A stretch of 64,000 nt of DNA from a virus, in the IMG/VR virus record IMGVR_UViG_3300043444_000221, positions 16,321-80,320 of that record, one strand, 5' to 3'. The position numbers were made by a program, and so were the translations under genes. Below are positions 1-12,269 of this stretch, one piece after another. Under the pieces are notes generated by a model. That model saw only the letters and a program-made list of their open reading frames with translations. It made no database searches and was not told where the DNA came from. Position 1 is the first letter of the stretch. Every line of letters starts with the position of its first letter.

Positions 1-1
1 T

Positions 2-520
2 GCAACTTCAGGTGCTGCAGGAACCGTATACACTGCAACTGTACGTGGTGTTGACGTTTTTGGTAACACAAAGGGTGGTGCATCAATCAGCCTTCAGGTT
101 GTAACAAACACTGCATCTACCACATATGCACTAACAACTGATACTGCAACTGCAACTCTTGGAACCAAGACTCAGGACATCACGCTTCCTGCTGCTGGAA
201 CTGTTCGACTCATTGCAACTGCAACTGTTGCATCTGCTGTTACTGGCCTAGCAACTCCTGTTGCTGTTCGTGTTGCTGATGTCACAGTTCGTGATCTTGC
301 ATCAGAGCTAACTGCTAAGAACGCTGAACTTGCTGCTGAGAAGGTTGCACATGATGCAACTAAGGCTGAGCTTGCAAAGGTAAAGGCTGAGCTTGCTCTT
401 GAGCAGGCAAAGTCTGTTGCTGAAGCAAAGAACTCAGCATCTGCAAAGGCAAAGTATAACGCACTTGCAAACAAGTGGAACAAGAAGTTCCCAAAGGCTA
501 AGGTAGCCCTACTTAAGTAA
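2..520 (+). CDS. 5'-partial Ala/Thr-rich surface-type protein with coiled-coil and basic C-terminus (missing from ORF track)
   Basis: Open frame from nt 2 to TAA 518-520: ...GVDVFGN...AKYNALANKWNKKFPKAKVALLK; followed by a hairpin. Confidence 0.8.
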   Translation, partial: ATSGAAGTVYTATVRGVDVFGNTKGGASISLQVVTNTASTTYALTTDTATATLGTKTQDITLPAAGTVRLIATATVASAVTGLATPVAVRVADVTVRDLASELTAKNAELAAEKVAHDATKAELAKVKAELALEQAKSVAEAKNSASAKAKYNALANKWNKKFPKAKVALLK

Positions 521-532
521 TAGGTAGAAAAT

Positions 533-566
533 AGTAGGGGGAGGGAGTAAAATCTCTCCCCTTACT
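533..566 (+). terminator. Hairpin terminator
   Basis: AGTAGGGGGAGGGA-GTAAAA-TCTCTCCCCTTACT inverted repeat after the stop. Confidence 0.55.
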
Positions 567-594
567 TGTCTAAAAATATTAGGAGTGAAAGTAG

Positions 595-988
595 ATGACA
601 GTCAAACTGGTTTATTTTTCAAACCATTCTGGTAATACAAAAAGGTTTGTGGGTAAACTAAACTATGACTCAGTACAAATTCCAATAAAATGGAATGAAG
701 AAGAACCCCTAATTGTTGACTTTAAGTATGTATTGTGTGTCCCAACATATGGTGGAGGCAATGACAACACATCAATCCCGAAACAAGTCAAAAAGTTTTT
801 GAATGTTCCAATTAATAGATCAAATTTAGTTGGTATAATAGGTTTTGGAAATACTAATTTTGGAGAGCATTTCTGCAAAGCTGCAGATATGATATCTCAA
901 AAAACTGGGGCACCAGTAATTGCAAGGGTAGAAATTTTTGGCACGTCAGAAGATGTGCAAAGAGTAACAGATAGGTTGGGAAATATAG

Positions 989-996
<8 letters not shown>
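595..996 (+). CDS. nrdI: Class Ib RNR flavodoxin NrdI
   Basis: [26 protein letters not shown] motifs; directly upstream of nrdE. Confidence 0.95.
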
Positions 997-4064
<3,068 letters not shown>

Positions 4065-4079
4065 AAATATATAAGACTA

Positions 4080-4106
4080 GCCCCTCTTCGGAGGGGTTTT
4101 TCTTTT
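4080..4106 (+). terminator. Rho-independent terminator
   Basis: GCCCCTC-TTCG-GAGGGGT followed by T-run. Confidence 0.85.
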
Positions 4107-4165
4107 AGTAAATTGGTGTATAATTATATTACCAAACTTCTAACCCCACAAAGGAGACCCCTACT

Positions 4166-6424
4166 TTGAAGAAGTCCTGGGCGATATTTGCCCTACTTAT
4201 GTTAACTGGAGTAATGACACTCTGGCCACTCTCAGCATACGGCGATGAAGTGGTAAATAGTGCTACCGTAACAGTTGTTCAAGAGGGAGACTTGGCAACA
4301 GTTGTAGTTCAAATAGAAACAGCCAACTCTGATTTAGTAGTAATTTCTCAAAATATGGACTCTGCCTTGCAAAGCTCAAGCTCTGTATCTATAACTGAAG
4401 CAATATCTACAGCAATCAATACAGCAACACAAGCAATTGAGGTTGCTACCAATGCTGTAGACTCTGCAGAAATTGCGGTAGAGCAGGCTAATATTAAGAT
4501 TTCTGTAGTAGATGGTGCTACAGCAACGGTTACTCAGGCAGAGTCTAATCTAAACAATGCACAACAAAACTTGGTGAATGCTACAGCAGACTTAGCTGAG
4601 GCATCTGCAGATGTTGACGCACAAGAAGTTATAGTTGCAACAGATATTCAGGATGTACAGGCTGCACAGGCAGCAGTTGATCAGGCTATAGGTAGTGCTC
4701 CTGGGCTAAAGGCTGAAATATACAATATGGCTGGGTATAATAATGCCCCACCGCTTCCAGAGCAGCTTGGTAAAACTCCAATCCTAACAACAACAGTAAC
4801 TCAGATTAATTTTGATTGGGGAAGTGGAGCAGCATTTAATACGCTGTCTGAAGATTTTATAGTTAAATTTAGTGGCAATATAACTTCCCAATATACTGGC
4901 ACTATTGGTTTGTATGCCCCTGCTGACGATGGAGTTATACTTAAGCTAAATGGACAGACGGTAATTAATGACTGGTATGACAAAGGCGGTGGAGGTACTG
5001 CAATTACATATAATGTTCAAGCAGGACAGTCTATACCACTAACGCTATACTATTACGAAAATGGTGGTGGAGCAAACGTTAAATTAATGTGGACTCAGGG
5101 TGGCAGCTGGGGTATTGTTCCAACAAGTGCATTTACCACTACAACTGGAACCGCAACACAAGAACAACTTGCTGCATTATCAAGTGCACAATCTGATCTG
5201 CAGTCAAGCCAAACTACCTTGACTCAGCTACAGACCATAGAGGCTAATGTCCAGGATAATGTTGCTTCAGCCAATGATGCTGTAGCCTTAGCTGAGCAAG
5301 CAGTCGTAGATGCCCAATCTGCGGAAGATGCAGCAATACAAGATGCCAATGAAGCAATAGCAACTGCTGTAAGTTTATCAGCAATTGCAGTTGAGGCCGT
5401 TATCCAAGCAGATGCATCAGTAGATAATTTGTCAACAGTTATTGCTCAGCAATCTGCAGCAGAAGAAGCTGCTAGACAGGCTGCCATCGCTGCAGAGCAA
5501 GCTAGATTGGCAGCAGAGGCTGCAGCAAGGGCAGAAGCAGAAAGACTTAGGTTAGAAGCTGAAGCTAAGGCAGCTGCAGAAGAGGCAGCACGACTTAAAG
5601 CTGAGGCAGAAGCAAAAGCTGCTGCAGAAGCTGCTGCAAAAGCTGAAGCAGAACGAATTGCTGCAGAACAAGAAAAGCTAAGATTAGAAGCTGAAGCTAA
5701 GGCAGCAGAAGAAGAAAGATTAAGGCTTGAAGAAGAGGCAAGGCTTGCTGCAGAAGCAGAGGCTAAGGCTAAAGCAGAAGCAGAAGCATTGGCTAAAGCT
5801 GAGGAAGAGGCAAGATTAGAAGCAGAAAGATTGGCTGCAGAAGAGGCTGCAAAGCTTGAGGCAGAAAGAATAGAAGCAGAAAAGATTGCAGAAGCAGAAA
5901 GGTTGGCAGAAGAGAAGGCAAGACTAGAAGCTGAGCAGAAAGCTGCAGAAGAAGCTGCAAAGACTGAGAATCTTGTAGAAGATGCTAAGGCAGACGGGGT
6001 AGTTACAGAAGAAGAGAAAGAAGCAATTGTTTCATCTCTAGTAGAAGAGCTAAAGCCAGGAGAAGCATTGTCTAGTGAACAAATACAAGCAGCAGGAATA
6101 TCCTATTCTGATCTTCCACCATCAACACCAGTTGATGTTAGAACAGATGAAAATGGAAATGCTGTAGTTATTACAGCTGCAGTAGCAGCAAATATTGAAT
6201 TGATTTCTGACCCAGCAGCATTCGTAGGAGAATTGCTGTCTAATCCAGTAGCAGCTATTGCTGCCCTTGGTTCTATTGGTGCAGATATGAGCCCTGCTGA
6301 GAGAGAAGAGGCTCAACACATGGTAGTCGCAACAGTAGTTGCTGCAGGTGCAGCGATGAATGCAGTCTCTGTTGCTTCATCAGGTGGTACTACAGGTGGG
6401 TCTAACAATACAAGGAGACAATAA
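4166..6424 (+). CDS. Secreted/surface protein with PA14-like domain and long Ala/Glu coiled coil
   Basis: Signal peptide; INFDWGSG, ADDGV.L..NG..VI..W, YYENGGGA.V.L.W (PA14-like); EAERLRLEAEAKAA repeats. Confidence 0.75.
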   Translation: MKKSWAIFALLMLTGVMTLWPLSAYGDEVVNSATVTVVQEGDLATVVVQIETANSDLVVISQNMDSALQSSSSVSITEAISTAINTATQAIEVATNAVDSAEIAVEQANIKISVVDGATATVTQAESNLNNAQQNLVNATADLAEASADVDAQEVIVATDIQDVQAAQAAVDQAIGSAPGLKAEIYNMAGYNNAPPLPEQLGKTPILTTTVTQINFDWGSGAAFNTLSEDFIVKFSGNITSQYTGTIGLYAPADDGVILKLNGQTVINDWYDKGGGGTAITYNVQAGQSIPLTLYYYENGGGANVKLMWTQGGSWGIVPTSAFTTTTGTATQEQLAALSSAQSDLQSSQTTLTQLQTIEANVQDNVASANDAVALAEQAVVDAQSAEDAAIQDANEAIATAVSLSAIAVEAVIQADASVDNLSTVIAQQSAAEEAARQAAIAAEQARLAAEAAARAEAERLRLEAEAKAAAEEAARLKAEAEAKAAAEAAAKAEAERIAAEQEKLRLEAEAKAAEEERLRLEEEARLAAEAEAKAKAEAEALAKAEEEARLEAERLAAEEAAKLEAERIEAEKIAEAERLAEEKARLEAEQKAAEEAAKTENLVEDAKADGVVTEEEKEAIVSSLVEELKPGEALSSEQIQAAGISYSDLPPSTPVDVRTDENGNAVVITAAVAANIELISDPAAFVGELLSNPVAAIAALGSIGADMSPAEREEAQHMVVATVVAAGAAMNAVSVASSGGTTGGSNNTRRQ

Positions 6425-6426
6425 GA

Positions 6427-6597
6427 ATGGTTAAATTCTTTAAAGATATGGTAGACCAACTTTGGACACTCCTAGGCATGTTTATTGCTTGGGTAGTTCT
6501 TGATGGTAGTGCCAAAACAATCGTTGGGTATGCGATCTTAGGAACCCTATTCGCATGGGTTGTTACCTATCCTATCAGAAACAGAGAGGAAGACTAA
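6427..6597 (+). CDS. Small two-TM membrane protein (not in track)
   Basis: MVKFFKDMVDQLWTLLGMFIAWVVLDGSAKTIVGYAILGTLFAWVVTYPIRNREED; fills the gap and overlaps the next start. Confidence 0.7.
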   Translation: MVKFFKDMVDQLWTLLGMFIAWVVLDGSAKTIVGYAILGTLFAWVVTYPIRNREED

Positions 6598-6887
6598 TGG
6601 CAGCTAAAAAAGAAGCAGGAACAGTGCCAGCAAAACCCCAGGGCCAAAAGGCTCTGTCTAATGTCCTCATGAGAATCGTTGCAGTATTTGCAGCAAACGG
6701 TCTTGGAGTACTTGGTGCAGGAGCTGTTGTGGGTATTGATACCCTACAGGCAGTATTCTTGGCAGGTTTGCTGGGCGTAGCCACAGTCGTAGAGAAGCTT
6801 GCAAGAGCATTTCTTGACGATGGCAAGCTCACAATTGCTGAAATTAATGACGCATTTGCAACAGTTGATAAGAAACAAGTTAAATAG
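6597..6887 (+). CDS. Membrane protein, holin-like
   Basis: Two hydrophobic segments; TAATG coupling to the previous gene. Confidence 0.55.
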   Translation: MAAKKEAGTVPAKPQGQKALSNVLMRIVAVFAANGLGVLGAGAVVGIDTLQAVFLAGLLGVATVVEKLARAFLDDGKLTIAEINDAFATVDKKQVK

Positions 6888-6904
6888 TCATTTTTAAGGG
6901 GTCG

Positions 6905-6933
6905 TTGACAAAGTCCCCTAGCTGGTGTATACT
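6905..6933 (+). promoter_or_regulatory. SigA-type promoter
   Basis: TTGACA-N17-TATACT; similar at 8355-8383, 19139-19167, 32284-32311 and 40633-40661. Confidence 0.75.
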
Positions 6934-6966
6934 TATACGTAGGTATCTAAAGCTAGGGGATTTTCT

Positions 6967-7491
6967 ATGACCTGTATCGTTGCAGCAAGACAGAATGAAA
7001 AAATTTACATGGCAGGTGACCGTGGTGCATCTGAAAGCAACCTTATCATGTCATTAACCAGTCCAAAAGTTTGGAAGCACGGAGAATATATATTTGGTTA
7101 CTGTGGATCAATGGATGGCGATAGAATGAAGTATAACTTTAAGCCACCAGCACCAAAAGGTGAAGATCTAGATAAGTTTATGTATACAGATTTTTTAATT
7201 GCACTTCGTGTATTCTATGAAAATTGGTGGGTAGATGTTTCTAATGATTCTGACTTTGGTCTACTCATTGGTATTCGTGGAAAGATCTATGAACATAACG
7301 CAGTTGATATGTCACTAAATCAATACATGCATGACTATGTTGCAATGGGTTCAGGAGCAGAATATGCATACGGATCAATGTACTCTACTGAAAACTTAAA
7401 GGATACAAGAAAGCGTGTAATGAAAGCAGTCAGTGCTGCTATTAAATTTTCTACATCCTGCCAAGGTCCAGTTGACATTGTCAGTACGTAA
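6967..7491 (+). CDS. HslV/proteasome-beta-like Ntn threonine protease
   Basis: N-terminal MTCIVA (Thr nucleophile), AGD...S, K, AMGSGAEYA.G. Confidence 0.75.
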   Translation: MTCIVAARQNEKIYMAGDRGASESNLIMSLTSPKVWKHGEYIFGYCGSMDGDRMKYNFKPPAPKGEDLDKFMYTDFLIALRVFYENWWVDVSNDSDFGLLIGIRGKIYEHNAVDMSLNQYMHDYVAMGSGAEYAYGSMYSTENLKDTRKRVMKAVSAAIKFSTSCQGPVDIVST

Positions 7492-7500
7492 TGTTATAAT
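7472..7500 (+). promoter_or_regulatory. Consensus promoter with embedded TGTCAG element; leaderless start
   Basis: TTGACA-N17-TATAAT that also reads TGTCAG-N10-TATAAT; ATG 6 nt downstream. Confidence 0.8.
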
Positions 7501-7506
7501 TAACTT

Positions 7507-8358
7507 ATGTACAATACTAGAACTCCAATGTATGAGAATTCAAATTTTAGAACTAATCCTTTTAAGAAAAATCCAAATACTTCTCATACATATAAAACAA
7601 ACATTGTCTTTGGCTCAATGCCAATAGGCAATCCAATGGACATATCTGTGAATGCTCTAGAGCACATTATGGAAGCTGATATTCTATTGGTAGAGTCTCA
7701 CAGAGAGTTTAGCAGATACATCACAATGCTAAATAATCTTGAGGTTAGAACTCATATTGATCTGCAGCCTGGTGCAGTTATATACCAGTACCAGTTTGAA
7801 TCAGAGCCAGGGAAAAATGATGAAATAAATTCAATCCTTATTCACGAGGCAACTGTTAATAATAAAAAAGTATTTGTTGTTTCTGATGAAGGGCAGTCAG
7901 TATTCCTTGAACCAACCCAATCTCTTAAGTATAAGATGATTGAAAGCAATATTCCATATACAGTATTGCCAGGACCATTTTCTGGAATTCAGTCTGTAGT
8001 GTCATCAGACTTTTTTATAAGACAGTTTTTCTTTGGAGAAAGCTTGCCAAGCATAAGTCAGCAGGGCAGAGTTGATACATATAAAAGAATAATTGCTGCT
8101 GGAGTTCCAGCAATCTTTTTGCTTACTGCTGAAGATTCAAAGTGGTGCGTTGAAGAGCTAAAGCAGTTCTTCGGTGCTGACTGGACTGCAGACTTTCAGA
8201 TGAGTCTTACCATGGAAAATGAAACCCATGTGTATGGAACGTTAGATGAAATACTTAACTATATAGATAGTGTTGATTATCTTTTTAAGAATGAAAATCA
8301 GGAAAAGAAATTTGCTATTTTGCTATTTCCTAATAAAAATATTGAACACACATATTGA
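7507..8358 (+). CDS. RsmI-like tetrapyrrole-methylase family methyltransferase
   Basis: PIGNPMDIS..A...I..AD....E, VSDEG, LPGP, FFFG motifs. Confidence 0.7.
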   Translation: MYNTRTPMYENSNFRTNPFKKNPNTSHTYKTNIVFGSMPIGNPMDISVNALEHIMEADILLVESHREFSRYITMLNNLEVRTHIDLQPGAVIYQYQFESEPGKNDEINSILIHEATVNNKKVFVVSDEGQSVFLEPTQSLKYKMIESNIPYTVLPGPFSGIQSVVSSDFFIRQFFFGESLPSISQQGRVDTYKRIIAAGVPAIFLLTAEDSKWCVEELKQFFGADWTADFQMSLTMENETHVYGTLDEILNYIDSVDYLFKNENQEKKFAILLFPNKNIEHTY

Positions 8359-8389
8359 CAAAATCTCAGCTAGGTGGTATATTTAATAC

Positions 8390-8569
8390 ATGACAGATAA
8401 AAACTTTGATGAGCTATACGATTGGCTCCAGCACGGAATTGAAAAAGGTTGGGTAACAGAACCATTCTGCTACACACATGATGGTGATCCATACATGACA
8501 GAAGAAGAAGAGCAAGAGTGGGAAGATGGAGGAGACCCATGTTGTCCCGTAGTAAAACTTATTCAGTAG
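8390..8569 (+). CDS. Small Cys/His acidic protein (not in track)
   Basis: MTDKNFDELYDWLQHGIEKGWVTEPFCYTHDGDP...GGDPCCPVVKLIQ; leaderless after promoter 8355-8383. Confidence 0.7.
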   Translation: MTDKNFDELYDWLQHGIEKGWVTEPFCYTHDGDPYMTEEEEQEWEDGGDPCCPVVKLIQ

Positions 8570-9429
8570 GAATATCTTTATCAGTTGCTGCATCAATATT
8601 TGCTGCAAGTCCTGCACATGCAATCTATGAAGGCTATGATGCAAATGGAGACAAGCTTGTGTCAGCAACATACATGGGGAATGGTTGTTCAGTAGCACCA
8701 ATTGCTAAGCGACTATTGGTTATGGCTCAGCATTGCCCAGCTATCCCAAATCAAACCAAGTATGTATATCCTGGTGAACCTGCAAACTCTAATAATACAG
8801 TAACTGCACTAAAAACTTTTGTTCCACAGGGAGAGTTTAAGGGTGGCCGTGAATACGACATCATGATTGTTGTGGTTGATAAGGATCTTCCATTATCAGA
8901 CAATCTGCTGATTGCAACTGAGCAGGATGTGCAAAGATTTATTGCAAACAATAATGAGATAGTTACATATGGATTTGGTCTGACAGAGTCAAAGTCTTCA
9001 TCTACCACTGCAAAAAAGGCAGTCTTTAAAATGTTTGAGGGCATAGATGGGGCAGTTTCTAGTTCATATAAGTACTCACTCTCTCTGACTCCAGTTAATG
9101 GTAAGCAAGAAGTATGTAATGGAGACTCAGGTGGACCATCATATGTGTTTGACTCTGACAAGATCTACTACATTGGTGCAACTATTGCTTCAAATAAAAT
9201 GAATGGATGTGGATCAGATCAACATCTTGCACCAATTGCAAGAGTACAAACTCTATATCCATTTCTAGATATTTTTAAAAATGCTAGTGATTGGGTGTTG
9301 CAAACTCAGCCGAAATCTGATACAATAGTAGAACCAAAGCAGGAAACAATTACTGCGGTGGCAAAACCTGTAGTTAAAAAGAAGGTTGTAATTAAGAAAC
9401 CTGTCAAGAAAACTACAAAGAAAAAATAG
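8539..9429 (+). CDS. Secreted trypsin-like (S1) serine protease
   Basis: Signal peptide, AQHC, YDI, CNGDSGGP triad motifs; Lys-rich tail. Confidence 0.85.
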   Translation: MLSRSKTYSVGISLSVAASIFAASPAHAIYEGYDANGDKLVSATYMGNGCSVAPIAKRLLVMAQHCPAIPNQTKYVYPGEPANSNNTVTALKTFVPQGEFKGGREYDIMIVVVDKDLPLSDNLLIATEQDVQRFIANNNEIVTYGFGLTESKSSSTTAKKAVFKMFEGIDGAVSSSYKYSLSLTPVNGKQEVCNGDSGGPSYVFDSDKIYYIGATIASNKMNGCGSDQHLAPIARVQTLYPFLDIFKNASDWVLQTQPKSDTIVEPKQETITAVAKPVVKKKVVIKKPVKKTTKKK

Positions 9430-9435
9430 AATAAT

Positions 9436-9508
9436 TGCCCTATAGCTCAGCTGGCAGAGCGTCCGACTGTTAATCGGCAGGTCCCTGGTTCGATCCCAGG
9501 TGGGGCAG
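9436..9508 (+). tRNA. tRNA-Asn(GTT)
   Basis: Cloverleaf, anticodon loop CT-GTT-AA, TTCGATC T-loop. Confidence 0.95.
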
Positions 9509-9534
9509 CAAACACATTGACGACGGTTGATGTG

Positions 9535-9692
9535 GAGTATGACCGAATAATTCCCAAAGTCAAATGGGGGGAATAAGGTACTATCGGATCTTAGCGGATC
9601 GTCTTAGCGGACAAACGGTAGGTGTGCTCAAAAGCGGTACTTGATGAACCGTATTGACTAGGCACTGGTGGTAAAAGGCAATCCACCTACTC
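9535..9692 (+). ncRNA. Putative structured ncRNA in tRNA cluster
   Basis: Terminal GAGTA/TACTC pairing, twin hairpins with identical TTAGCG loops, GGTGG/CCACC hairpin. Confidence 0.45.
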
Positions 9693-9698
9693 ACTCTT

Positions 9699-9772
9699 GG
9701 TCCTGTAGCTCAGTTGGTTAGAGCACTACCCTGTCACGGTAGGGGTCGCCAGTTCAAGTCTGGTCAGGATCG
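9699..9772 (+). tRNA. tRNA-Asp(GTC)
   Basis: Cloverleaf, CT-GTC-AC loop. Confidence 0.95.
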
Positions 9773-9780
9773 CTCAGAAG

Positions 9781-9939
9781 CATAAGTCTGAACAACTTAT
9801 GTGGAGATTGTTATACTGAAATCTGCACCGTGGACGCATCATACGAAGGGGTTCAGCCCGATGGAGATTGCTCTGCTAATCCACTAGGTATAACAGCCAA
9901 TGGGAATAGTTCCTTAACCAAAAGGTGACCACGATTGGC
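9781..9939 (+). ncRNA. Putative structured ncRNA in tRNA cluster
   Basis: Nested pairings CATAAGT/ACTTATG, TGTTATAC/GTATAACA, GTGGA/TCCAC, CATC/GATG, GCCAAT/ATTGGC. Confidence 0.4.
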
Positions 9940-9943
9940 AAAT

Positions 9944-10018
9944 GCCTTCTTAGCTCAGTGGTAGAGCAACGCACTTGTAATGCGTAGGTCGTCAGTTCAA
10001 TCCTGACAGAAGGCTCCA
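9944..10018 (+). tRNA. tRNA-Thr(TGT)
   Basis: Cloverleaf with encoded CCA. Confidence 0.95.
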
Positions 10019-10019
10019 T

Positions 10020-10091
10020 GGCCCCATCGTCTATCGGTTAGGACTTCAGATTTTCAATCTGGCAAGACGGGTTCGATTCCCGTTGGGGCTG
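10020..10091 (+). tRNA. tRNA-Glu(TTC)
   Basis: Cloverleaf, TT-TTC-AA loop. Confidence 0.9.
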
Positions 10092-10112
10092 CTATAATAG
10101 TATTGGAAAGGT

Positions 10113-10805
10113 TTGGATATGGAAAAGCCTCCTATTATAACGCATGACATCAATAATTTTGAGATCTGGTATGAAACCAAAGATCCAAACTTTACTGAAC
10201 TATCAAGACGATCAAACATCCCAATGAATTGGATGTCATATCAAGTGGTCCTATCTGGAGATAACAAGGACTCAATCATTAAGCCTATAAATAGGTATGT
10301 TGAAAGACTAGTTCCGCCACCAAAGCTAATAAGTATTAAAGATAATATTGTTAGACTTCGTCAGGGCAACCACGCAGAAATGTTTTTGCTAGAAAAAGAA
10401 GACGGAGAGTTTTATAATGTTGATCGTCCGTGGCAAAGACAATACTATAATACTGCCCTAGACCTTGAAGCAGAAGACTGCTTTCCTGGAACTTTTAAAT
10501 TCTATGTCCCATGGTTTATTGACGAAAACATTCCAGTGTATTTTCATCCATCAGAAGAAGAAAGCCCATTCTACACGTTTCCAACAATGGCTCCATATCA
10601 CAAAGTACCGTCAGACGTAAGATTTGTTGAGCCACACTTTGTTCCATTTAGATTTAAGAGAGTTGGCTCTCATATGATCAACGATAAGTTTGGTAAAATA
10701 CCAAGACAGTCTGCAATGTATGACATGGTTTTCTATGCAGATGATATAATAATAGAAAGAGTAAAGGAATTCTATGACAAACATAATTCAGTTTTATCCG
10801 CTTAA
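10113..10805 (+). CDS. Hypothetical protein
   Basis: 230-aa ORF heading an operon. Confidence 0.7.
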   Translation: MDMEKPPIITHDINNFEIWYETKDPNFTELSRRSNIPMNWMSYQVVLSGDNKDSIIKPINRYVERLVPPPKLISIKDNIVRLRQGNHAEMFLLEKEDGEFYNVDRPWQRQYYNTALDLEAEDCFPGTFKFYVPWFIDENIPVYFHPSEEESPFYTFPTMAPYHKVPSDVRFVEPHFVPFRFKRVGSHMINDKFGKIPRQSAMYDMVFYADDIIIERVKEFYDKHNSVLSA

Positions 10806-11496
10806 TGAAGACGTGCCTGCATTTGTGCCAGAACCACAGCCTGCATCTAGAAATCTTCCACAGTGGTATAAGGATACACCAGGGTCAATTGACTCAGGAG
10901 AAATGATGGCTCAGATTGGCCAGCCTGCAAGCACGGTAAAGAAGTGTATGCCAATCTTTGATGCAATAACAGCAGGATATATTCTAAGACTACCAATGGA
11001 TGTCTTTGTAGATGCTACTGGAGAAAAGCTGACCTATCAGATTCCACTTGCTATGACAAAGTTCAAGGGTGACATGTTCGCTACACATGAGCGTAGACAG
11101 TATGAAAAGTATCCATATGGGGATAGATGGCACCAAGACCTTCTTCGCATTATGCCATTTTGGATTATCAAAACACCAAAGGGGTTTAGTACACTAATTA
11201 CACAGCCATTCCATGGAGACAACTCTCCGCTATACGCAGTAACTGGATTGGTTGATACAGATGGATTTGGAACTGATGGACACTTCTCATTTTGGGTTGA
11301 GAAGGGTTTCAAGGGTACAATTCCACAGGGCACTCCAATTGCACAACTAATTCCATTCAGACGTGAGGACTGGAAGATGGAGCTAGAAACATATGAAGAA
11401 ACTAAGAAAGATATTCTTCCACAACGCTTTAATCTTCGCAGCACATTCAGTAATGGATACAAGAATAAGTTTAGAAGCCGTAAAGAATATAAGTAA
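10774..11496 (+). CDS. Hypothetical protein, dUTPase-like beta-clip tail; paralog of next gene
   Basis: P.WY, K.CMP.FDAITAGY, TP.G.S.LIT.P, IP.GTPI.Q.IPF.R shared with 11496..12269. Confidence 0.7.
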   Translation: MTNIIQFYPLNEDVPAFVPEPQPASRNLPQWYKDTPGSIDSGEMMAQIGQPASTVKKCMPIFDAITAGYILRLPMDVFVDATGEKLTYQIPLAMTKFKGDMFATHERRQYEKYPYGDRWHQDLLRIMPFWIIKTPKGFSTLITQPFHGDNSPLYAVTGLVDTDGFGTDGHFSFWVEKGFKGTIPQGTPIAQLIPFRREDWKMELETYEETKKDILPQRFNLRSTFSNGYKNKFRSRKEYK

Positions 11497-12269
11497 TGGA
11501 TAATCCGCTAAAGATTACATTCATACCAGCCAACAGAGACGCTGAGCAGAGTGGTGCAATGTCTGCACCTGAGCCAGCAGCAAGACATATACCAGAGTGG
11601 TACAGGTCATTGGCTAGGCATGACCTATCAAATGATGACATTACTCTGAGGCCAGAAAATCATATTGGCACTGATGGTGCTCAGGTTTCAACTAAGATGT
11701 GTATGCCATTCTTTGACGCAATTACGGCAGGGTATCAGTATTGCTTAGAGGATGATCTTTATGTGGATATGGATGAAAATGGTCATCCAATTATGCACTG
11801 GAAGGGCAACGTTATGTTGGTAGATACAAGACCAATATTTGATGTACCACTTCCAGATAATTGTCACCCAATACATTTTGGATGGAGAATGAACTGGTTT
11901 TATGAAACTCCACCTGGATATTCTGTACTGATTACACACCCAATGAACAGGCACGACCTTCCGTTTTATACTCTTTCTGGAATTGTTGATGCTGATATTT
12001 GGGGACTGCCAGTGTTTACAGCTTTCTTCTTGAAACGTAATTTCCGTGGGGTAATTCCAAAGGGCACACCAATCTTCCAGATGATTCCATTTAAAAGAGA
12101 TAACTGGGAGCTTGAGGTTGATAGCCGTCAAGATACGATAGATGAGCATTGGTTCCGTGGAGAAAACAGAAGATCCATGCTATATGGATATTACAAGAAG
12201 ACCGCATGGAGAAAAAAGCTATTTGGGATTTTAGGTAAAAAAGAAAAAGAGGTGAGGCATGATGATTAA
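11496..12269 (+). CDS. Hypothetical protein, paralog of 10774..11496
   Basis: Same motif set as the upstream gene. Confidence 0.7.
   Translation: MDNPLKITFIPANRDAEQSGAMSAPEPAARHIPEWYRSLARHDLSNDDITLRPENHIGTDGAQVSTKMCMPFFDAITAGYQYCLEDDLYVDMDENGHPIMHWKGNVMLVDTRPIFDVPLPDNCHPIHFGWRMNWFYETPPGYSVLITHPMNRHDLPFYTLSGIVDADIWGLPVFTAFFLKRNFRGVIPKGTPIFQMIPFKRDNWELEVDSRQDTIDEHWFRGENRRSMLYGYYKKTAWRKKLFGILGKKEKEVRHDD

Noticed and set aside
172-483. Minus-strand 103-aa ORF in the track
   Set aside because: Antisense shadow of the + strand frame 2..520, which fits codon usage and is followed by a terminator
5460-5960. DNA tandem repeat
   Set aside because: Explained by the Ala/Glu/Lys/Arg coiled-coil protein repeat
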